64,000 nucleotides of DNA, taken from NCBI GenBank assembly GCA_902777205.1, contig CACYSU010000003.1:95492-159491 (forward strand), written 5' to 3'. The notes under the pieces are model-generated. The model ran no database searches, was not told the DNA's origin, and worked only from the letters and a program-made list of their open reading frames with translations. This document shows, piece by piece, positions 29,459 through 38,152 of this stretch; positions within the stretch are counted from its first letter, which is position 1; every line of letters begins with the position of its first letter. This stretch comes from an uncultured Rhodospirillales bacterium. Lineage in GTDB: Bacteria > Pseudomonadota > Alphaproteobacteria > CAAGCB01 > CAG-977. A program made the translations under genes and the position numbers.

Positions 29459-30531
29459 CGCTTGAGGACTTGTTTCAAATCGCGCCATATTCTTTGAACA
29501 AAGCCGAAAAGGATGCGGCTTTAAAGGATATTTTAAACGACCTGACACGCCGTCATTATGCGGCTTGCCCCGAATACGCGCGGATACTGGACGCGCTGAA
29601 GTTTGACACGGCGCAAAATCACGATTGTGCGGACTTGCCGTTTTTGCCCGTCCGGCTGTTCAAACAGTTCGAATTGCGCTCCGTCCCGAAAGAGGAAATC
29701 ACGAAAACGCTGACATCATCGGGAACGTCGGGGCAGGCGGTGTCCAAAATCTTTTTGAATGCGGACAATGTGCGTTCCCAAACCAAAACGCTGAACGAGA
29801 TTATTTCTTCTTTCATCGGCAAACAGCGTCTGCCGCTGTTGTTGCTGGATACGGAAATGATTAAAAAAGACCGTTCGATGTATTCGGCGCGCGGCGCGGG
29901 CATCATCGGATTTTCAATTTTCGGGCGCAACAGCACTTACGCGCTGGACGCCGAGATGAACATTGATGTCGACAAAGTCGCCGCTTTCTTCGATGAACAC
30001 AAAAACGAACCGATTTTGATGTTCGGCTACACCTATATGATCTGGCAGTTCGTCGTGCGCGCTTTGGAGGAAAAGAACATTTCCTTTAACGCTCAAAACG
30101 CCGTGTTGTTCCATATCGGCGGGTGGAAAAAGCTGAAAGATCAGGCGGTCGACGCGTTGGAATTCAACCGCCGCGTCCAAGGACGTCTGGGCAACGTCAA
30201 AGTGTATAACTATTACGGTATGGCGGAACAGTTGGGATCGGTCTTTGTCGAATGTGAACACGGGCATATGCATTGCTCGAACTATTCCGACGTGATCATT
30301 CGCCGCTCGAAAGACTTTTCCGAAGCGGAAATCGGCGAAAAGGGATTGATGGAATTGTTGTCCGTTTTGCCGGTCAGTTACCCCGGACACGTTCTGTTGA
30401 CCGAGGACGAAGGGGAAATTCTGGGCGTGGACGATTGTCCGTGCGGCAGAAAAGGCAAGTATTTTAAAATCCACGGGCGCATCAAGAGCGCTGAATTGAG
30501 AGGGTGCAGTGATACCTTTGAACGGCGTTGA
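29455..30531 (+). CDS. luxE: LuxE-like acyl-protein synthetase
   Basis: LPFLPVRLFK, SSGTSG, GGWKK, NYYGMAEQ, LLTEDEG, ELRGCSD. Confidence 0.88.
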   Translation: MTLEDLFQIAPYSLNKAEKDAALKDILNDLTRRHYAACPEYARILDALKFDTAQNHDCADLPFLPVRLFKQFELRSVPKEEITKTLTSSGTSGQAVSKIFLNADNVRSQTKTLNEIISSFIGKQRLPLLLLDTEMIKKDRSMYSARGAGIIGFSIFGRNSTYALDAEMNIDVDKVAAFFDEHKNEPILMFGYTYMIWQFVVRALEEKNISFNAQNAVLFHIGGWKKLKDQAVDALEFNRRVQGRLGNVKVYNYYGMAEQLGSVFVECEHGHMHCSNYSDVIIRRSKDFSEAEIGEKGLMELLSVLPVSYPGHVLLTEDEGEILGVDDCPCGRKGKYFKIHGRIKSAELRGCSDTFERR

Positions 30532-31690
30532 GTATGTGATCGGAACGGCGGATGTCGTCAATACGCCGATACGGGTGTATGACGATACGGCGTGCGCTTT
30601 TATCGCGGAGCTGTCGGCGGAAATTCTGAAATCCCCGTTGGCAAGGGCTTATCCGGATTTGTCGGCTTTGGCGTTTTGGGGACGCAAGGCGAACCTGCAA
30701 AAGCTGAAAGAAGCGTTCGGCGATACGGCGGGACGCCTGGGGCGCGGATTGTGCTTTCATATCGCGCCGTCCAACATTCCGGTGAATTTCGCGTTCACTT
30801 ATCTGTTCGGACTGCTGGCGGGAAACGCGAATATCGTCCGCCTGCCGTCGAAGACTTTCCCGCAGATCGACGCTTTGTGCGCTTTGATGAAAAAAACGCT
30901 GTCCGGATATCCCGAAATCGAAAAAAGGACGGCGTTCGTCCGCTATCCGCGCAGCGATGAAATCACCGCTGAATTTTGCAAACACGCCGACGCCCGTATG
31001 ATTTGGGGCGGTGATAAGACGATCGCCGCCGTCAAAGCCTGTCCGGCGTCCCCGCGCTGTGTCGATATCGCTTTTGCCGACAGATATTCTCTGGCGATCA
31101 TTGACGGCAAAGCGGTTTTGAACGCCGATGAAGCGCAGGTGAAACGGTTGGCGGAGAACTTCTATAACGACACGTGGCTGATGGATCAAAATGCGTGTTC
31201 TTCGCCGCAGATGATTCTGTGGCAAAATGACAGCAAAGCGGCGCGGGAAAAATTCTGGAACGCCGCTTTGGCGGTTGCGCGGGAAAAATACGCACTGCAA
31301 GATGCGGTCGCCGTTGACAAATACACGCTGTTCTGCACCGAAGTCGTCAGCAACGACAACGCGGAAAGCTTCACCCGCAACGGCAACCTGCTGTATCGGG
31401 AGGAGGTCAAAGCCCTGACGCCCGACATCATCAACCACCGCGGCAAAGGCGGATACTTCTTTGAACACGCTTTGACGGATTTAAGCGAACTTTGCGCCGT
31501 GATTACGGAAAAATTCCAGACAATCACTTACTTTGGTATTGACGCCGTCAAACTGCGCGAAGAACTGATTGCGGCGAACGTCCGCGGCATCGACCGCATC
31601 GTCCCCGCCGGTAAAGCGATGGATATCGACGTTATCTGGGACGGACACGATTTGGTCAGGGAATTGTCAAGGATTGTGAGTGTCGCATGA
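30509..31690 (+). CDS. luxC: LuxC-like acyl-CoA reductase
   Basis: GRGLCFHIAPSNIP, WGGDKTI, DQNACSSP (catalytic Cys), RIVPAG...WDG. Confidence 0.88.
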   Translation: MIPLNGVEYVIGTADVVNTPIRVYDDTACAFIAELSAEILKSPLARAYPDLSALAFWGRKANLQKLKEAFGDTAGRLGRGLCFHIAPSNIPVNFAFTYLFGLLAGNANIVRLPSKTFPQIDALCALMKKTLSGYPEIEKRTAFVRYPRSDEITAEFCKHADARMIWGGDKTIAAVKACPASPRCVDIAFADRYSLAIIDGKAVLNADEAQVKRLAENFYNDTWLMDQNACSSPQMILWQNDSKAAREKFWNAALAVAREKYALQDAVAVDKYTLFCTEVVSNDNAESFTRNGNLLYREEVKALTPDIINHRGKGGYFFEHALTDLSELCAVITEKFQTITYFGIDAVKLREELIAANVRGIDRIVPAGKAMDIDVIWDGHDLVRELSRIVSVA

Positions 31691-32811
31691 GGAATTTTAT
31701 GGCAAACGACCAAGATAACCACTTATATAATATAGACTTGTTAAGATTTCTGTTTTCATTGGTGATTATCAATCATCACCTTTTTGTAAAGCCATTTCTG
31801 TTTGTCACAATGAAAGGACAGATTCCTTTGTTGAACAGTATTTGGGCAAAATCTTTAAAAGGTTATCTCGGTGTGGAATTCTTTTTTATTCTGGCCGGAG
31901 TATGGCTGGGAAAAACGATTGAAAGCAATAATCTTGACATAAAAACTTTTGTTCAACGGAAAATCATACGTCTATGGCCTGTATTGGCATTTTCGATTTT
32001 ATGTTTTTGGATAGTGTCTTTATTCGGATTAACAAAATTCCAAAAATACAGTGACGTATTAAACCTGCTTTTTTTGCAAAGCAACGGTTTGACATTGAGC
32101 TTCGGGGATAATGAAACCGCCTGGTTTGTCTCCTGTCTTTTCTGGGTCAGCATTTTTTATTTTTCTTTGTATAAAACGATTCAAAGTAAATCGTTTTATT
32201 TTATTGTTTCTATGATTGTTTATTTTTGTTTTGTTTTAATGATAAACAATAAATCCGGTTCTTTTAACTGCCATCTGAAACCTGTGATCTTCTCTCTTTT
32301 TAATTTCGGAATGATACGTGCCGCCGCGGAAATCGGGTTGGGCATAGGTCTGTGGAAAATATTTTCAGCCTTATCGGAAAAAAATTCTGAGCCGTCATTA
32401 ACGTCGAAAATATTGTACGGAAGCGCTGAGCTGTTTTTACTTATTGTTATATTTAATAATTTGGCTTTCCGACATTTTAAATTCGCAAACGATTTGTTTT
32501 TAACGTTAGCCATTGCCGGTCTGATTCTGTTGTTTATGTTGAAACGCGGCGGATTATCATTGGCGTTAAATCAGAAATTCTTTGGAAAGCTTGGAGCTGT
32601 TTCATATTCAATATATATGATGCAGGAAGTTTTCTTTGTCTTTTTAGCAAAAGGACTTTCCGTTTATTACAACAAATTATTAACCGCTCCGGACAGCGTT
32701 ATTTTGACTGTTTATATCGGATGTTTGATTGCGCCTGTCTGTTTAGGGACGATTACCTATGCTCTCGTGGAAAAACAAAGTGTTATCAGGATGTTGAGGA
32801 GGAACAAATGA
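31687..32811 (+). CDS. Acyltransferase family 3 (OafA-like membrane O-acyltransferase)
   Basis: IDLLRF, GVEFFFILAG, RLWP, AWFVS, SYSIY; about 10 TMs; AT-rich. Confidence 0.85.
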   Translation: MRNFMANDQDNHLYNIDLLRFLFSLVIINHHLFVKPFLFVTMKGQIPLLNSIWAKSLKGYLGVEFFFILAGVWLGKTIESNNLDIKTFVQRKIIRLWPVLAFSILCFWIVSLFGLTKFQKYSDVLNLLFLQSNGLTLSFGDNETAWFVSCLFWVSIFYFSLYKTIQSKSFYFIVSMIVYFCFVLMINNKSGSFNCHLKPVIFSLFNFGMIRAAAEIGLGIGLWKIFSALSEKNSEPSLTSKILYGSAELFLLIVIFNNLAFRHFKFANDLFLTLAIAGLILLFMLKRGGLSLALNQKFFGKLGAVSYSIYMMQEVFFVFLAKGLSVYYNKLLTAPDSVILTVYIGCLIAPVCLGTITYALVEKQSVIRMLRRNK

Positions 32812-34254
32812 ACAAAAAACAAATACTCAAAAAGCCGGTGAAAAAAGTCTATTTTATGTTTCCCTGCTATGCTATTGGTGGGGGAGAATTACTAATTATC
32901 CGTATTATAGAGCATCTTCTTAAATACACGGACATTAAAGTCGGGATTATTGATTTTTCCGATGGAACACTGTATCGGACGTGTAAAAAGTTCTTTCCGG
33001 AAAATGATATCGAATATATCGAGTATCGTCAGTCTTCTTGGAACCTGGAGGACGATGCCGTCATTTTTACATCGGCGGATCATTTAGGATGCATCAAACC
33101 GCATACGGGGGAAAATGTGCGTATCAGCATTATCCTGTGGGAAAACGGTATTGCCTGGAAAACGTTGTTTGAAAAACGCAAAATCCCCGCTGTTTCCAAA
33201 CTGATAAATCAAAACGATGCAATGTGTTTTATGGATTACGGATGTTATACATCCGGTTGCCGACAGCTGAATCAAGTTTTCGAAAAAAACTATTTACCGA
33301 TTTTTTTCCAGAAGCCGGTTTATCAGCATTTCGATAAAAAGACTCCGGATAATGAAATTAATATGATCTGGCTTGGCAGGCTTTCAGAAGCAAAAGAGCA
33401 ATCTATTTATAATATAGTTGAAAACTTCTACAACTATAAGACGCAAAAAAAAGAAAGTATTTCACATTATCGGAAACGGAACGCAGGAACATATAATTAA
33501 AAAAAATCTGAAAAAATATGAAGATAAAATAAAATTTATTTTCACTGGCGTTATTACCGGTGATGCATTGTTTCAATATATACGGGAAAATGCTGATATT
33601 GGTGTCGCAATGGGAACATCGGCGTTGACGTTTGCGGCTTTAAAAATTCCGGTATTAATGGCACACGAACACCCCACGCCTTTCTTTTCCAATGAATTCG
33701 GATGGTTGTTTGATATGTATGATTATTGCACCGGATCGCCTGTCATAAAAGACGAATTTACATTGCCGATGTTTCAGAATCTTTCAAGTTTTGACCAACT
33801 GCTTGACGACATTACTTTAAACGGGAAAAAAGAGCCAATAGGCAAAAAATGTTTTCAATACTATGCAGACAAGCACAATGATTTGAAAAAAACGGCGCAA
33901 GCTTTCATAGATTGCGTCGGCAAAACGACATTGACCTATGAAATGTTGAAAAAAACATTAAAGTTCATGCCGTACGACGGAAGAGACGGATTAGAGATCT
34001 ATAGATACAATATTATGGGGCTTCCCTTTTTAAAGGTATTCTATCATGGATATACAAGACAATACTATATTTTCGGATTAAAGGTCTTTAAAAGAATATC
34101 GACGCCGCAATGTTTTAAATTTTATCTTTTTTTCATCAAGGTTTTTCAGATCAAACGATGGGGACGTTACTCTTTTCCGTCGACCACATCAGAGACCATT
34201 CGTGAAGAATGTAAAGACAAATACGCCATAAACGATCTTTATTATAACGAATAA
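32808..34254 (+). pseudogene. Glycosyltransferase-like gene split by a frameshift in an A8 tract
   Basis: ORFs 32808-33500 and 33418-34254 fuse (..NYKTQKKKVFHIIGNG..) if one A is removed from A8 at 33445-33452; GT-B-like motifs GGGEL, WLGRL, MGTSAL. Confidence 0.7.
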
Positions 34255-34265
34255 GGTAAAAAGTA

Positions 34266-35105
34266 ATGAAAACAAAATATGCAGTTTCTCTGGGCCTTGA
34301 TTGTGCTATGGCCGGTTTGCTGAAAGATGCCGGCGTGAGAGCTTTTTCCTCTCCATTCGACTGGCTTGACAGTTCAGATGCGAAAACCAGAGTTTCTCTG
34401 ATTGAAAGTGAATTCAAAGACTTTCTCAATATAGAGGATTTGGAACAAATCTTTATTGAAAATGATCCTCAGAGGGGGGGGATGGACAGGTATAGAAATA
34501 ATCGTACAAAACTCTGTTTCCATCATGATTTCAGAAGTGATTTGCCTTTTGAAGAGGCCTATAAAAAAGTGGCTGAAAAATATAACCGTAGAATTAAAAA
34601 TTTTTTAAATGTCTATCGCCAGGATTATAAAGTTACTTTATTTGTTCTGGATCGGTTTTCACAAATGGATGACCAAAGCATTAAAGATGTTTTTGACACG
34701 ATTAAACAGTATGTTGTTGTAATATCAAATTGTGATACTGTTGACAAAGATTCATATGTTCAAACAAAAATCACAGACCACATATTTCATTATAAGGTGA
34801 ACAACACTCCGACGGATGTAACGGAAGCTTTTCAAAAATTCAAAGGAAATATCCCCATTATAAAACAAATAATTTTACAGCACACTAAGAAGAGTAATTT
34901 TTTTGATAAAAAAACATATAAATGTTATAAATGGTTAAGGAAAAAACTGTCCGTATGTGTAGCTAAAAATGAAATGTCATTTTCAGACAAACTTTTATTT
35001 CGTATTTTTTGCTGTTTTCGAAAAAAAATTCTATTCACGCCTCTTGTTAAAGACAGAAAAGAGGATTTTTCATTATATGAATCTTTGATAAAGTTATGCA
35101 AATAA
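34266..35105 (+). CDS. DUF1796-family protein (putative papain-like)
   Basis: VSLGLDC, SSPFDWL, FHHDF, KYNRRIKNF; contains a G8 tract at 34474-34481. Confidence 0.75.
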   Translation: MKTKYAVSLGLDCAMAGLLKDAGVRAFSSPFDWLDSSDAKTRVSLIESEFKDFLNIEDLEQIFIENDPQRGGMDRYRNNRTKLCFHHDFRSDLPFEEAYKKVAEKYNRRIKNFLNVYRQDYKVTLFVLDRFSQMDDQSIKDVFDTIKQYVVVISNCDTVDKDSYVQTKITDHIFHYKVNNTPTDVTEAFQKFKGNIPIIKQIILQHTKKSNFFDKKTYKCYKWLRKKLSVCVAKNEMSFSDKLLFRIFCCFRKKILFTPLVKDRKEDFSLYESLIKLCK

Positions 35106-35146
35106 GGGTGCGTTACCGTATCAAGCGGTAACACACCCTTTTCTTT
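35104..35146. terminator. Intrinsic terminator between the convergent glycan operon and tail-fibre genes
   Basis: AAGGGTGcGTTACCG...CGGTAACaCACCCTT followed by TTCTTT. Confidence 0.75.
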
Positions 35147-35474
35147 ACGGTTCTTCGGGAAATTCGCAATGTTCCGGAAATCCGGATTGAAGAGGAATAT
35201 CCCGCAGAAACTGGCGGTAAGTTGCGTATTTTTCTTTCATTTCCGTTGTTACGGGATAATCGGGCAGCATATATTTGTCTGTTTCTTTCAACAGGAGATT
35301 CCGCCGTTGTCTTATGTCGACGGCCAGTTCTTCGGCACTTTTTCCAGGGAAATCGGCAAACTGAAGATTTCCCTGTTCATCGATCGCCAGCGTTTTTCCT
35401 TTTTCATTCGCTTCGACGGCTTTTTTTGCATACAACTCAGGATTTTCAAGAGAAAATTGATACAAAGTCTTCAT
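35145..35474 (-). CDS. Phage tail fibre assembly chaperone-like protein
   Basis: IRQRRNLLLKETDKYMLPDYP..YRQFLRDIP.Q.GFP....P..P motif. Confidence 0.85.
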   Translation of the reverse strand: MKTLYQFSLENPELYAKKAVEANEKGKTLAIDEQGNLQFADFPGKSAEELAVDIRQRRNLLLKETDKYMLPDYPVTTEMKEKYATYRQFLRDIPLQSGFPEHCEFPEEP

Positions 35475-35491
35475 GTCTTTTTCCTTTCTGA

Positions 35492-36409
35492 TTAATATCC
35501 GCAGGCATACCAGCTGGTCGAGGTATAATTTGACCCCGCCCAGGAAATAGACGAGTTTGTCTTCTCCGTAATGGAAACGCTCTGAACGCCGTATGAATTA
35601 TAAATCACCGGCGTTGATACCACGGTGTAATTTGTATTGGAAAATGGCTTTGGCCAGGTGAACGATGCCGTCGCCCCCACAAGACTGCCTCCTTGTTCGA
35701 TCCAGCCGTCGGACCAGACACGATACCAGCTTGAACCGTTGTGCCAGCTTTGGACAATCACTGCCGGAGTTGTTTCCGCGACAGCGGAAGTTCCCCATTT
35801 GGCGACGCCGTAAACAGTTTTTGATGCGTAGACATCCTTATCTGCTTTATTTGCTAGCGTGTTCGCCGCTTCCAGCGCTTTATCTGTTGCCAGTTGAGCC
35901 TGTTCGTCCGCTGTTCGAGCCGATAGAGCCGCGTTTCCGGCTTGTTGCTCGGCCAAGGCTAACATTTCACGCGCTGTTTCCGCATAGCCTGCCGTATCGG
36001 ACACGCTTTGCCTGATCGATGGAATTAGGCTTGTAGCGTCTGTATCCTCGAACACGTCCACCGTGACCGCGCGATCTGCCTGTTCTTTCAACTGCTGTAT
36101 TTGCATCGTCAGTTTGTCGAAATCGCGTTCCAGCGTTTCGGCCGGCAAAATCTCGTTTTCACGATAGTCCGTTTCCTGCGTCAACGGCACTTCGCGCATT
36201 ATCACGATTTGCGCATTTTCCTCCGGCGCCGTCGCAAAAACCATATTCCCGTTCGAAACGGTCCAATCCGTCCGTTCCGTCTGAATGTCATTCAAAAGTT
36301 GTCTGACCGTTAAATGCTCCTTTTCCAAAAAAGGAAACGGGATCGCAAATGTCGTCGCAACCCCGTTTCCGATATAATTCACTTTGTTGGTTGTCGTACT
36401 TACCGTCAT
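35492..36409 (-). CDS. Short phage tail fibre protein (T7 gp17-like N-terminus, gp53-like C-terminus)
   Basis: N-terminal YIGNG..TTFAIPFPFL...REVPLTQETDY..LERDFDKLTMQIQQL; Ala-rich coiled linker; C-terminal SWYRVWSDGWIEQGG..WYACGY; GAGGT RBS. Confidence 0.85.
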   Translation of the reverse strand: MTVSTTTNKVNYIGNGVATTFAIPFPFLEKEHLTVRQLLNDIQTERTDWTVSNGNMVFATAPEENAQIVIMREVPLTQETDYRENEILPAETLERDFDKLTMQIQQLKEQADRAVTVDVFEDTDATSLIPSIRQSVSDTAGYAETAREMLALAEQQAGNAALSARTADEQAQLATDKALEAANTLANKADKDVYASKTVYGVAKWGTSAVAETTPAVIVQSWHNGSSWYRVWSDGWIEQGGSLVGATASFTWPKPFSNTNYTVVSTPVIYNSYGVQSVSITEKTNSSISWAGSNYTSTSWYACGY

Positions 36410-36422
36410 TTTTACCTCAAAT

Positions 36423-36448
36423 AAAAAAAAGCAGGGATAATTCCCTGC
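36423..36448 (-). terminator. Intrinsic terminator just upstream of the tail fibre RBS
   Basis: Minus strand GCAGGGA-attA-TCCCTGC followed by T8. Confidence 0.75.
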
Positions 36449-36519
36449 CGGTTCACAATCAACACGCTTCTTAAGATATAACATATTGTTATTGTTTTTG
36501 TTAAAATGTCAAGCTGTTT

Positions 36520-37251
36520 TTACCTTTCCCGTTCCGCCGACCGTTCCGCCGATCTTCTCTGTTCGTGGAGTTCGCGAAGTTGCCGGATCGTTTTGTGCTT
36601 CCGCGGAATAACCATTTGCGTCAGAGAGAAATCTCTGTCCTGAAACCGCGTAGCTTGCATCTCCCAACCGAACTCTTTGGCAACTTCGACTTGGTGTTGC
36701 CGGAGCATTTGCAGTTGTGGCTTTTTGAGTTTCAGCCGCTCCCGTCCGTTCGACATTTTCAACAAAATGTGTCCGTGCGTTGCCGATTGATGTGTGTGAA
36801 CGGCGTATAAATACCGATACCCTCTTTCCGCGAAAGGTTCCATATACCGCTCAATAAACCGGTAGGCTTCGTCCTCGCTGACGTTCATTCTTTTGGGGAA
36901 CGATACGATCAGATGAACCATTGCGTTTCCATTTTTCCGCCGCTGTTCCAGATCATAAGCGTCTATTGTTTCGTTCAGTTTTTCGGTCGGGATCAGTCGC
37001 CGTTCGTCATCATAAACACGCGCGTCCTTTTCCATTCCCTCCGAACCGTGAGCGATATAATGAGCGATGTTCTTCGCTCCCGTCGGTGATTTCACATAGA
37101 ACGCGACTTTAACCATAGCTTCGGGCGGCGGCACTTTGAAAGAAAGCGTCGCCCTCTGTCTTGCGGGCGGCGAATAGTGAACCGGAAAGCGTTGCCGCGC
37201 GACGTATATTCCTCGGATATGTTCGTCCAACCAGTTCCGTTTATTCGCCAT
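36520..37251 (-). CDS. MOBP/VirD2-like relaxase (short, 243 aa)
   Basis: EAMVKV, HYIAH (catalytic Tyr), HLIVSFP, AVHTHQSATHGHILL (3H motif). Confidence 0.85.
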   Translation of the reverse strand: MANKRNWLDEHIRGIYVARQRFPVHYSPPARQRATLSFKVPPPEAMVKVAFYVKSPTGAKNIAHYIAHGSEGMEKDARVYDDERRLIPTEKLNETIDAYDLEQRRKNGNAMVHLIVSFPKRMNVSEDEAYRFIERYMEPFAERGYRYLYAVHTHQSATHGHILLKMSNGRERLKLKKPQLQMLRQHQVEVAKEFGWEMQATRFQDRDFSLTQMVIPRKHKTIRQLRELHEQRRSAERSAERER

Positions 37252-37585
37252 AATACGCCGCCAAAAGTTTGTTGATTTTATCCCGGAGCGCGTGAAGTTC
37301 GCGACAAGCCTGCTGTAAATCCCGCAAAGTTTTTTCTTCAAGGGATTGCTTTTTTATCAACGTCGTGTTCAAAGCGCGGACGGCTTGATTGGTGTTGACG
37401 CCGACCTTTCGGGCTTGTTCTTCGAGCTTTGTCAGCAGGAGGATTTCGTCATAGTGCGGGATCTTCATCTGATGAAGCCCCGCAAGAATGAACAACCGGA
37501 TCAGGCGGGACGGAGATTGTTTTTCGGCGACAAGCGCGTCCCAAATTTCTTTTTCTATTCTGAACGATTTAACAATAAGCCTCAT
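37241..37585 (-). CDS. mobC: MobC-like relaxosome accessory protein (RHH)
   Basis: KSFRI RHH-like start, RKVGVNTNQAVRALN; overlaps the relaxase start. Confidence 0.8.
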   Translation of the reverse strand: MRLIVKSFRIEKEIWDALVAEKQSPSRLIRLFILAGLHQMKIPHYDEILLLTKLEEQARKVGVNTNQAVRALNTTLIKKQSLEEKTLRDLQQACRELHALRDKINKLLAAYYGE

Positions 37586-37656
37586 TTCAGCCTCTCTGTT
37601 TTATCGTTCAAGCGTGTGTGACGGGTAAAATTTTACAGCTGTTTGAGTGTGATTTC

Positions 37657-37810
37657 AAGGGCGGGTTGGCGGGGCATTTTTCGCTCTTTTTGTATTACAA
37701 AAAGGCTATCCTGCAAAAAAGTAGCCCTCAAGAGCATCAATCCCTTGCGAATCAGCCTTAAAACGCCTCAAAACAGCCTCAAAACTGACCGCGCCCGCCC
37801 AACCGCCCTT
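37657..37810 (+). other. Origin of transfer (oriT) with MOBP-type nick site
   Basis: TATCCTG^C at 37707-37714 matches the RP4-type YATCCTG^Y consensus. It is preceded by the inverted repeat CTTTTTGTA-t-TACAAAAAG (37686-37704) and lies upstream of mobC. Confidence 0.8.
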
Positions 37811-37876
37811 TGTTGTAGGCTATTCAAACGGTGTCGCCGCGTGTGCGGCGACCGATTTTTTTCGGGGAATACGGCT

Positions 37877-38149
37877 CTATTCGGAGCCGTATTCTTTCTG
37901 TTTGTGATAGATTTTAGGGGCGATTTTTGTTTCAAAGTAAGCCTCGAAGGCTTCGTTGAGCAGGTGCTTTTCCATCGCAAAAAACACCTCCGAAAGCCAA
38001 CCGCTTTTTGCCAAAGTCTTTAATGCGGGCAAATCCTCTTCCGGAACGTCCCCGCCGTGTATGAAGTTAAACAGGGAAGTGTCAAACTTCACGTCGGCGC
38101 GTTCTTCAAAGTCTGGTAAAAACTCCTCTATTAAATCCCAATACAACAC
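37877..38149 (-). CDS. Small acidic hypothetical protein (leading region)
   Basis: 90 aa, GTG start with AGGGAGG RBS, D/E-rich. Confidence 0.7.
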   Translation of the reverse strand: MLYWDLIEEFLPDFEERADVKFDTSLFNFIHGGDVPEEDLPALKTLAKSGWLSEVFFAMEKHLLNEAFEAYFETKIAPKIYHKQKEYGSE

Positions 38150-38152
38150 TGT

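Noticed and set aside
29455-31690. Bioluminescence operon
   Set aside because: Only luxE- and luxC-like genes are present, with no luxA/B/D; the context is glycan acylation.
35145-36409. Prophage or tailocin
   Set aside because: No capsid, portal, terminase, sheath, tube, baseplate or lysis genes in the window.
35492-36409. Gin/Cin/Pin-type tail fibre inversion driven by the serine recombinase
   Set aside because: Only one fibre tip is present, no inverted alternative cassette or gix-like sites were seen, and the recombinase is 24 kb away.
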